This document shows, piece by piece, positions 17,177 to 24,816 of a DNA stretch of 27,512 nt. Numbering within the stretch: the first letter of the stretch is position 1; each line of letters begins with the position of its first letter. The stretch is from Pseudomonadota bacterium (GTDB lineage: Bacteria; UBA10199; 2-02-FULL-44-16; JAAZCA01): assembly GCA_043798915.1 (NCBI GenBank), contig JAZDOG010000015.1, positions 1 to 27,512 on the forward strand. The letters run 5' to 3'. The translations under genes and the position numbers were made by a program. The notes under the pieces are model-generated. The model searched no databases and was not told the DNA's origin. It was given only the letters and a program-made list of their open reading frames with translations.

Positions 17177-20100
17177 ATGGGAGATTCCGGCAAGGTCGGC
17201 AGCTCATCGCCCAACGCGCAGACGTGTTCCAGCTGCCACGACCTTTCGGCCAAAAAGACTGTGCTCGATTCGTCGCACGCGCCGTCTTCTTGTTCTTCTC
17301 TGTTCGCGCACCAATCTTCATCTTCAACAACTCGCGCCTGGCCTTCCCACGAAGACTCCATTTTATCACCCGACAAGGATGAGATCAAAAAAAGCGCTTC
17401 GGATTCTGGAGCGCCGGACTTCGATTTCGCATCGATCCTGAGAAGCGAACGCGATTCACACTTTAGAGAAGATGCCTCGCTGAAAACGTGCAGCGCATGC
17501 TACGCAACTACGATAAACCATGGCCTCTTTTCAGAGACCTCCCCGGCAGTATCAGGACAGCCTTTTCAAAACACGGCGCCTGGCCATGTGTCGCCGCTGA
17601 TGGCGCTGGTGGAAACGATGCCTGCGGCGATTCCGCCCGATGCTTCTCTGGAAGGCGAATTGAAAGGCGCCATGGCCGCCTTCAAGAAGGCCGTCGATGG
17701 CGGCGATCAGGCGGCTCAGGAGAAGGCCTTCGAGAAGATTATTGAGACCGGCGCTCGCCGCCACCACCTTGAAGGTCTCTACGCCAGCCTGGAAAAAAGC
17801 AAACAGACAAAAAGAATAATTGAAAGTGAAGTTAAGAAGGAAAAAGAGCTGCTCAGAGCGAGTCTGCATTCGAGTTCATCGTGTCACGATGATCCGGCGG
17901 ATGCCGTTGCGAAAAAGACCAGACAAAAGGCCGTCGAATTCGAAAATGATCTTCGCCGGAACGATCCCGTATCAAAACAGGACGAGGTCATTGCGGCCCG
18001 CAGGAAGATCAGCGAGGAATCGCTGTCGGCATTCGAGAGCGACCTCCTTGAAGCAGTGGGTCAGATCGACCGGAATAATCCTTTCAACGACGGTGTGCCT
18101 CAGGAGCTGACTCTCTCCCCTGTCGCCGCGTCCATTTTCGCCGACACATTCAAGTCGTTCGGCGATTTTGATCGCGCGAAGAAATACTATAATATTGCGA
18201 GCGCCAGCCCTGTGCAGTCGGCAAGCGGAGGTGCATGGTATCACATGCAGGCGCTTGAAATGGATGTCTATTCCGGCGATCAAGAAAGAATCAAAGCGTC
18301 GATAAAAGTGGTCGAAGAAGTCAGGGACGGACTCACCGATTTGCTTTTCAGGGCCTATGACGAACAAATAATTGAAGAGCGTCCGCAGATGATGCCTGTC
18401 GGCACACCGAGCCAGGTCTACGAGCTGGATGCGCTGAGGTGGGGAATCCTCTATGACGCATATACCCAGCTCGACGGAGACAATAAGGCAGAACTTCAGG
18501 AGCTTGAAAAAGAGCGCCGTCAGATGGTGGCAGGTCGAATTGGAAAGGCCACCGCCGTCGAGGCAAGGCTCCATATTCGCAATATGGATCGCGTCGCCGT
18601 CTTCAAGACGGCTCGCTCCGGGGATATCGAACGGGCCCTGCGCGAGGAAGACCAGAACGCGGCCGCCGTCGACCAGCGTCAGCTCATAGATGACGTCCAT
18701 GCCGTGGAAAGGCTCGTAAAGCCTTACCTGAAGCCGGAAAAGGGGGACGTCTTTTTCGAGCAGGTGGCGACCCTCTACTGGCGAACATATTTCAACGGCA
18801 ACTTCGTACGCGATCTCCCACAGGCCGCAATATTCGATGTTTCGGATTTTGTGTTGAAGCCGATGACATGCCAGGGCTATGGCGTGGCACTGGGAGAGAC
18901 GAATTATATCGAATCCCAGTTAAAACAACTCCGCCAGGTCGCACCGCAGGTCTTTACGGCCGGCGGAAAACTCAACCGCGATGTCGATCTCTCCGGGACG
19001 GCGCAGGGCGAGGATGCCGCCAAACGCGTGATGAGCGCCTATTGGAAGAGCAACGATGCCGTGCGGGAAGCCGGCGTGCCTTTGGGACTAGGCGTAGGCT
19101 GTTTTGCGACCGGAGCTTTCTTTTCCGAAACCGTTATCATCCCCATGGTCGCCGCACTCCTATGCGGTTCAGGAGGAAGCTTCCTCAATCGTGAGATCAA
19201 TAAATCATCGGCCTCGGAACAATACCGCCAGGCCTCGATGACAGGCATCTCCGTGATCGGCGAAAAAGAAGCAGGCAGAATGCGCTCCGGCTGGTACTTC
19301 AGCGAGGGAATAAACAATCTCTTCAATGCCGCGGCTGTAGTTCCGATGGCGGCACTTTGGGGCAGGCTCGGGACACAAGCCGTCAAGGCCGGGCTCGCGG
19401 GTGCAGGCACATGGGCGTTCGCTGAAACCGGCGGACGCGCCCTCATGAAATCCATGGCCTCTTCCCCGCTGAAATTCGCAGGCAGTGCAATGGCGGGAAT
19501 AGGAAGGGGCGGAAAGGCGGCCCTCGGGTGGTACTGGAAGCTGCCGATCGGCACGAAATTCCGCGTTGCGGGTACGGGTGCAGGCCTGGGCGCAGCCGTG
19601 GCTGATTATGCGCTTATAGACAGGGATGGGAATTTTGTCTGGGGGGACGGCGAGTTGGACCACTGGTACGGTTATGCGGGCCTTGCCGCGGGCATGAGCG
19701 AAGGCGGATATCGCCTCTTCAAGGCTTCGTGGCGGTCGGCCTTCGCGGAGGCCGTCGGCAAGAGCCGTGTCAGATCCGGTCTGATCAGGCTTGGCACGGA
19801 TATGGTTGCCGTCGATTATTATATGGTCAAACCGAAAAAAGACGGCGGCTATGAATTCGTGGATTTCGGCGCCCCGCGAAAAACCCCCATCGAGAAACAT
19901 GACTTTGAAAAACAGTTTGACGTCGATACGTGGTTCGGCAGAGGCGGGCTGATGCTCGCGAGCGGCGACTGGATGCAAAGCGAATGGGGAATAATGAGCA
20001 ACTGGGACAGAGCTTTTTTAGGCGCCGGAAGCGTCCCTTTCCTGGTCGACGTGGCGTCGGATGGCGAATTAAACAAATGGTATGGCGGGCTGGGCGGATC

Positions 20101-22063
20101 GGTTGCCGTCTCCGTGCTGGGCAACAGACTTCTCAATGTCAGCGCCGCCGGGTCAATGATATTCCTGCCGATGAAACTGAGTTACGAATATCTGATGCAG
20201 CTGCAGCAGGACGTCGAGCCGACGGCCCCCGACCCAAAACGCATGATGTCGTCTACCGCGGAATCCATATTCATGATGATGTTGGTCAAAGGGACGTATC
20301 AAGGCGCCCACTATTGGAATACCTTTCCGTTTGGAAAAAATATGCTCAGGGCTTCCGAAAGGATTCCAGTCGTAAGGAATTTCCGCGGCATTCAGAATTG
20401 GGGCAATTATGCCTGGCTTGGCAATCAGACCATCGAAGTGGAAGGCAGTCCGAAGATGACAATTCATACCGGTTCTCCCCAGATCGAATCGTGGAAACCT
20501 GTTGAAGTATCGCCCTTGAACACGAGGAAGGTCAACGGCCCCGCAGGCAAGGGTGTGGAGATCAATTACAAGTTGCGCGGGGACAAGCTCTGGAACGGCG
20601 CCGATGGCGGGCAAAAGGATCAGCTGCTCCGTATTGTGCGAAGAGGCGCGTCGACCAAATTTTATCTCAACGAAACAGCGGTTACCGAACAGGATCTCCT
20701 GAATCAGGGCTATCTCTGGCGGGAAGAAAAGTTGACGTCGTTCCAACCCGATAGAAAGGGTGCGATTCGCATGTTCGGGCGCAAAATGACCGTGGATGAG
20801 GTCCAAAACCTCAACGATGGAGCCCGCTCCAAGGCTTTGGGCGAGCTGAAAGACCATGGCTGGCGGCCGAATGGCGATCATTTTGAACGGTGGTGGATCG
20901 AACATCCGTATCACCCCGAAGTGCTGCTTGAAAATCCGACCAGTGCAATGAGCACCGCCGATTTCAAGATACTGAAGTCGGTTGTTGAAGTAGGCGGCAA
21001 GGAAGTCCCCGTGTGGCTTAAGTTTTCAAGGCGCACCGTATCCGCAGATCAAGTTGTCGTCGGAGGAAGTGAAATAACTTTGTGGAAGGGGTTGCGTGAG
21101 AAACCAAGGTTCACGATTGCCGGAGTCGGCGCGCAGTTCTTCCCCATCGTCGCTGAGGCCTGGGGCGCCAACAGCCTCATATTTAGAAAAACGGCGAGCG
21201 GCGATCCCAGTTACCAGCCCTTGCAGCGCGTGTCCAACTATGTGCCGACGATTCTTGGCACATGGCCATTCATACAGGCGCCGCGGGGCATGGATACAGT
21301 GTCGGCAAGGTTTTGGGGTGGGGTTGTCGGCTACGCCCCTAATTTACTTGGAAATGCCCTCTTTCCCGCCTACCGCAACACGGCGCCGGGACAAGTGAGG
21401 CTTTACAACCATCTCGATGCCGGCGGCAGCACGGACTCATCGTGGTGGAATCCGCTGCAGATGGTGCTGTCTTCAGGCGATGCATTCGAATCGTTTGGAA
21501 AAATTACTACGAGTCTCAATGTTGGGCCGTGGGGTCCGGCCCGCGGCTCTACGTACGAAATTGAAGATATCGCGATGGACAACCTGCGCTATGGCCTCAA
21601 TTGCCGGATGGATATGGCCCATGGCAAAAAAATGCGCGAGTCGGAGGCGTGCGTCATGCTGCCTGAAAAGACGCAAAAGCAAATTCTCGATACGGACAGG
21701 GGCGTCAATCCCGATAAGATGAAGCGCCGCTTTGACGCATGGGCAAAGATATTTCGCGAGAAGATGGATGTCGAGAGGAAGGGCGATCTCTCAGAGAGAG
21801 ACCGCCGCCTTGTGATCGTCCTGGGCGCATGGTTCAAATCTCTCGTCAATACCCGGGGCGACCAGGTGGAGCTTGTCAACCTCAAACAATTGATATCTGA
21901 TTACGGCTGGTTTTTCGATAAAACCCCGAATCTTTCGACGGATTCGGAATGGAATGATTACATCTCCCAGGTCAATGGAGGCCGCTCGAATATGTCGAAC
22001 TTCTATTTTGACCCGCATATGCAGGACAGTGCCGCGCCCGCAGTTGATGAAACAATGCAATAA
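17177..22063 (+). CDS. Giant hypothetical protein (1628 aa) with N-terminal CxxCH, helical region and Gly-rich hydrophobic core; putative secreted effector/toxin
   Basis: Long ORF with RBS GAGGAGG; TCSSCH at 17222-17239; hydrophobic Gly/Ala-rich segments from about 19070; clear paralog at 24817 onward. Confidence 0.85.
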   Translation: MGDSGKVGSSSPNAQTCSSCHDLSAKKTVLDSSHAPSSCSSLFAHQSSSSTTRAWPSHEDSILSPDKDEIKKSASDSGAPDFDFASILRSERDSHFREDASLKTCSACYATTINHGLFSETSPAVSGQPFQNTAPGHVSPLMALVETMPAAIPPDASLEGELKGAMAAFKKAVDGGDQAAQEKAFEKIIETGARRHHLEGLYASLEKSKQTKRIIESEVKKEKELLRASLHSSSSCHDDPADAVAKKTRQKAVEFENDLRRNDPVSKQDEVIAARRKISEESLSAFESDLLEAVGQIDRNNPFNDGVPQELTLSPVAASIFADTFKSFGDFDRAKKYYNIASASPVQSASGGAWYHMQALEMDVYSGDQERIKASIKVVEEVRDGLTDLLFRAYDEQIIEERPQMMPVGTPSQVYELDALRWGILYDAYTQLDGDNKAELQELEKERRQMVAGRIGKATAVEARLHIRNMDRVAVFKTARSGDIERALREEDQNAAAVDQRQLIDDVHAVERLVKPYLKPEKGDVFFEQVATLYWRTYFNGNFVRDLPQAAIFDVSDFVLKPMTCQGYGVALGETNYIESQLKQLRQVAPQVFTAGGKLNRDVDLSGTAQGEDAAKRVMSAYWKSNDAVREAGVPLGLGVGCFATGAFFSETVIIPMVAALLCGSGGSFLNREINKSSASEQYRQASMTGISVIGEKEAGRMRSGWYFSEGINNLFNAAAVVPMAALWGRLGTQAVKAGLAGAGTWAFAETGGRALMKSMASSPLKFAGSAMAGIGRGGKAALGWYWKLPIGTKFRVAGTGAGLGAAVADYALIDRDGNFVWGDGELDHWYGYAGLAAGMSEGGYRLFKASWRSAFAEAVGKSRVRSGLIRLGTDMVAVDYYMVKPKKDGGYEFVDFGAPRKTPIEKHDFEKQFDVDTWFGRGGLMLASGDWMQSEWGIMSNWDRAFLGAGSVPFLVDVASDGELNKWYGGLGGSVAVSVLGNRLLNVSAAGSMIFLPMKLSYEYLMQLQQDVEPTAPDPKRMMSSTAESIFMMMLVKGTYQGAHYWNTFPFGKNMLRASERIPVVRNFRGIQNWGNYAWLGNQTIEVEGSPKMTIHTGSPQIESWKPVEVSPLNTRKVNGPAGKGVEINYKLRGDKLWNGADGGQKDQLLRIVRRGASTKFYLNETAVTEQDLLNQGYLWREEKLTSFQPDRKGAIRMFGRKMTVDEVQNLNDGARSKALGELKDHGWRPNGDHFERWWIEHPYHPEVLLENPTSAMSTADFKILKSVVEVGGKEVPVWLKFSRRTVSADQVVVGGSEITLWKGLREKPRFTIAGVGAQFFPIVAEAWGANSLIFRKTASGDPSYQPLQRVSNYVPTILGTWPFIQAPRGMDTVSARFWGGVVGYAPNLLGNALFPAYRNTAPGQVRLYNHLDAGGSTDSSWWNPLQMVLSSGDAFESFGKITTSLNVGPWGPARGSTYEIEDIAMDNLRYGLNCRMDMAHGKKMRESEACVMLPEKTQKQILDTDRGVNPDKMKRRFDAWAKIFREKMDVERKGDLSERDRRLVIVLGAWFKSLVNTRGDQVELVNLKQLISDYGWFFDKTPNLSTDSEWNDYISQVNGGRSNMSNFYFDPHMQDSAAPAVDETMQ

Positions 22064-22159
22064 TGACGCCGCACTGTGCATTAAAATTGACTTTTTCCGC
22101 ATACTGTATTCACTAATGCCCTCCTTAAATTATCTCAACATGAAGAGAAGAGGGGATAT

Positions 22160-23509
22160 ATGGCCAGCCGACTGATCGCAGCGCTCGCAGCTCAACCGCA
22201 TGCAACACCGATTGCCGACCCCAAAGAAATAAAATCCAAATACCGCAAATGGCGCATCCAGACGATGTATTCGATGATGATTGGATACGCCATTTATTAT
22301 TTCCTGCGAAAGAATTTTTCCATGGCGATGCCCGTCTTCTTGACGGAGCTGGGCTATACGAAGACGGATCTGGGCCTTATTCTGACGCTTTTTTCGGTGG
22401 TCTACGGTTTTTCCAAATTCATCAACGGCGTCCTGGCAGACAGGTCCAATCCGAGATACTTCATGTCCATCGGCCTTTTCTTTTCGGCCCTTGTGAATAT
22501 CTTCTTTGGGTTCTCATCGTCCCTTTTTGCGTTCGGCATATTCTGGCTCCTCAACGCATGGTTTCAGGGGATGGGCTGGCCGCCGTGCGCAAGGCTTCTC
22601 ACCCACTGGTATTCGCCCACCGAGCTCGGGACAAAGTGGGGCCTTTGGAATGCGTCCCATCAGCTCGGCGGGGCCGGGATCCTCGTTCTTGCCGGCTGGT
22701 TGATACCCGCCTACGGATGGCGTTCGGCCTTCTTCGTCCCTTCCGCAATTGCCGTGTGCGCGGCATTATTTCTGATCCTCACGCTTCGGGACACGCCGCA
22801 ATCCCTGGGGCTTCCCCCGGTCGAAGAATATCGCGGCGAGGCGAGTGTCAAGGACGAGCATGAAGACACGGCGGAATCGGTCAAGGAGATACTTTTTAGA
22901 TACGTCCTCACAAACAGACTGATCTGGCTCATATGTGTCGCCAATATATTTGTCTACATCGTCAGGATAGGCGTGCTGGATTGGGCGCCCACCTTTTTGT
23001 ATGAGCAAAAGCAGTGTTCGATGCTGAACGCCGGCATCATCACGGCCATATCCGAGGCGATGGGCATCGCAGGGGCGATCGCCGCGGGCTGGATATCCGA
23101 TGTCGTCTTCAAGGGAAGAAGGGGGCCGGCGAACGTGATCTTCATGCTTCTTCTGATAATGGCCATATTCGGGCTCTGGCGCGTCCCGCCCGGCCATCAG
23201 GTGCTTACCACCATTTATCTCATCGCCGTGAAATTTTTCGTCTATGGACCGCAGATGCTCGTGGGTGTGGCGGTGGCGGATTTAGCATCAAAGAAGGCCT
23301 CTTCGACGGCGACGGGTCTGGCGGGGACTTTTGGCTATATCGGCAGCGCTCTTTGCGGCGTGGGAACCGGCGTCGTCGTTGATAAATGGGGGTGGGACGG
23401 CGGCTTTATTTTCTTCATAGCAGCGGCCGTGATCGGCACGTTCCTGTTCCTGTTCACATGGGGCTATCGTTCAGCTGCCCTCGAGAACATCCACAATAAT
23501 CGCAAGTGA
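22160..23509 (+). CDS. MFS organophosphate:Pi antiporter (OPA family; UhpC/GlpT/UhpT-like)
   Basis: IGYAIYYFLRKNF, YGFSKF..G.LADRSNPRYFM, NAWFQGMGWPPC, WNASHQLGG, LRDTPQSLGLPPVE, YGPQML, TATGLAGTFGYIG. Confidence 0.93.
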   Translation: MASRLIAALAAQPHATPIADPKEIKSKYRKWRIQTMYSMMIGYAIYYFLRKNFSMAMPVFLTELGYTKTDLGLILTLFSVVYGFSKFINGVLADRSNPRYFMSIGLFFSALVNIFFGFSSSLFAFGIFWLLNAWFQGMGWPPCARLLTHWYSPTELGTKWGLWNASHQLGGAGILVLAGWLIPAYGWRSAFFVPSAIAVCAALFLILTLRDTPQSLGLPPVEEYRGEASVKDEHEDTAESVKEILFRYVLTNRLIWLICVANIFVYIVRIGVLDWAPTFLYEQKQCSMLNAGIITAISEAMGIAGAIAAGWISDVVFKGRRGPANVIFMLLLIMAIFGLWRVPPGHQVLTTIYLIAVKFFVYGPQMLVGVAVADLASKKASSTATGLAGTFGYIGSALCGVGTGVVVDKWGWDGGFIFFIAAAVIGTFLFLFTWGYRSAALENIHNNRK

Positions 23510-23534
23510 AGGACGAGACAATTCCATCCACCGG

Positions 23535-23666
23535 AAGACGGGAGATGTCATTTTGAATCTCGGTCTCCGCGGCCGGGCGCTCATCGTCGCCGATGAAACG
23601 ACGTGGGGCCTCGCCGGACAGGGCGTTGCCCGATCGATCGAAAAGGCCGGCCTCGACTCGCCATAA
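23535..23666 (+). pseudogene. Remnant of a glycerol-1-phosphate dehydrogenase (EgsA/AraM)-like or related DHQS-fold gene
   Basis: Intergenic frame reads KTGDVILNLGLRGRALIVADETTWGLAGQGVARSIEKAGLDSP*, resembling the N-terminal part of G1P dehydrogenases; no convincing start and only about 43 codons. Confidence 0.5.
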
Positions 23667-23712
23667 TCGCTAACCAATTGATTCCTAAAGCTAATATTTT
23701 TAAAAAAATCAC

Positions 23713-23739
23713 GCAACATTTTATCTGGTTTTGCGATAA
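23713..23739 (+). promoter_or_regulatory. Sigma-28 (FliA)-like promoter
   Basis: GCAACATT-N11-TGCGATAA, about 55 nt before the ATG at 23793. Confidence 0.55.
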
Positions 23740-23792
23740 CTATAGCGGATACGGCTGTGCTGCAAACGGGAATGTGCTGCAGGAGGCGTGAT

Positions 23793-24629
23793 ATGAGTGA
23801 CACAGGCGATGGGACAACCGCGGTGGCAAAATGCCCGGAGGGCTCAGTCTTGATTCCTCGCGGCGCGTTTCAGATGGGATGTGATGATCACGATGATAAA
23901 GGTAACGAGCTTGAGAGGCTGTTGCCCAGATGCAACGATATTGAGGCGCCGCCGCACCCCGTCGAGATAAGCCAGCCGTTCTGCATTGACGAGTACACAT
24001 TCACCGAGCGGAAGATGGAAGAGTTGAAAAGGGCAAAACCCGGGCGTTTCGATCACATCAAGACGACTTGTAATATCGATGCTCAGACCGGCTTGCTGGC
24101 GAGGATCAAGCGCCGGATTGGACTGGGGCCGGTTCGCGCGACCGAAACGTGTGAAAAACCTCTGGTGGGGGTAACCTGGCATGATGCGGCTGCCATCTGT
24201 TCGGCGCGGGGCATGAGGCTTCCCACCGAGGCGCAGTGGGAGTACGCCGCGCGAGGGGTGTCGGGGATAGATGAATATATGGGCCAGCCCACCGAGAGGA
24301 TGGAATATCAACTGAAAAAGTTTCGCAGTGGCCCGGTTCGAGATTGGAGGCTGGTTGTAGATAGAACGATGAGCAACAGTTGGGGTGTTTACGGCATGAG
24401 CGACAACATTCGGGAATGGGTGAGTGACTGGCTGGGGCCGTATTCGCCCTCGGCGGTCCAGGATCCCGCGGGTCCCGCCACCGGTTATTCCAGGGTCCTT
24501 CGCGGAGGCAGCTGGGTCATGCTCGACCTGTCGACGTTTCGAACGTCCAGCCGCTACGGAGCCGACCCCAAGGCCAAGAGCGACTTCATGGGATTCCGAT
24601 GTGTGGCGGATTCCATATCAGAAAAATGA
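23793..24629 (+). CDS. FGE-sulfatase / SUMF1 domain (C-type lectin fold) protein; start moved to ATG 23793
   Basis: CPEGSVLIPRGAFQMG, PLVGVTWHDAAAIC, RLPTEAQWEYAARG, NSWGVYGMSDNIREWVSDW, RVLRGGSW, GFRC; RBS AGGAGG precedes ATG 23793. Confidence 0.9.
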   Translation: MSDTGDGTTAVAKCPEGSVLIPRGAFQMGCDDHDDKGNELERLLPRCNDIEAPPHPVEISQPFCIDEYTFTERKMEELKRAKPGRFDHIKTTCNIDAQTGLLARIKRRIGLGPVRATETCEKPLVGVTWHDAAAICSARGMRLPTEAQWEYAARGVSGIDEYMGQPTERMEYQLKKFRSGPVRDWRLVVDRTMSNSWGVYGMSDNIREWVSDWLGPYSPSAVQDPAGPATGYSRVLRGGSWVMLDLSTFRTSSRYGADPKAKSDFMGFRCVADSISEK

Positions 24630-24683
24630 GTTCCAGGAAATGCCGGTTTTACGGTCATTTGCGGGCGAACGTCCAGATAACAC

Positions 24684-24710
24684 GCAACTTTTTCGTGGAA
24701 ATGCCGATAC
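24684..24710 (+). promoter_or_regulatory. Sigma-28 (FliA)-like promoter
   Basis: GCAACTTT-N11-GCCGATAC upstream of the 24817 gene. Confidence 0.65.
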
Positions 24711-24728
24711 TTATAATGGGAGGTCCTT

Positions 24729-24806
24729 ATGTGCGGAACGCGGATCGGGTCTCCGAAAGCGGTCGATGATGACGGGGCTTTAGTCCAATCCGGGGGAGTA
24801 GTGTGA
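24729..24806 (+). CDS. Candidate 25-aa upstream ORF (MCGTRIGSPKAVDDDGALVQSGGVV)
   Basis: GGGAGG RBS 5 nt before ATG 24729; its TGA overlaps the RBS of the 24817 gene. Confidence 0.3.
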   Translation: MCGTRIGSPKAVDDDGALVQSGGVV

Positions 24807-24816
24807 GGAGAGGGGC

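Noticed and set aside
17177..22063. Annotating the giant proteins as multiheme cytochromes c
   Set aside because: Only one complete CxxCH each in the visible sequence, no signal peptide and no cytochrome-like context.
22087..22117. Sigma-70 promoter for the OPA transporter (TTGACT at 22087)
   Set aside because: Good -35 but no convincing -10 at 16-18 nt spacing.
24480..24629. Diversity-generating retroelement target (FGE/CLec C-terminus as a variable region)
   Set aside because: No second near-copy (template repeat) and no reverse transcriptase seen in the window. A remote DGR elsewhere in the genome cannot be excluded.
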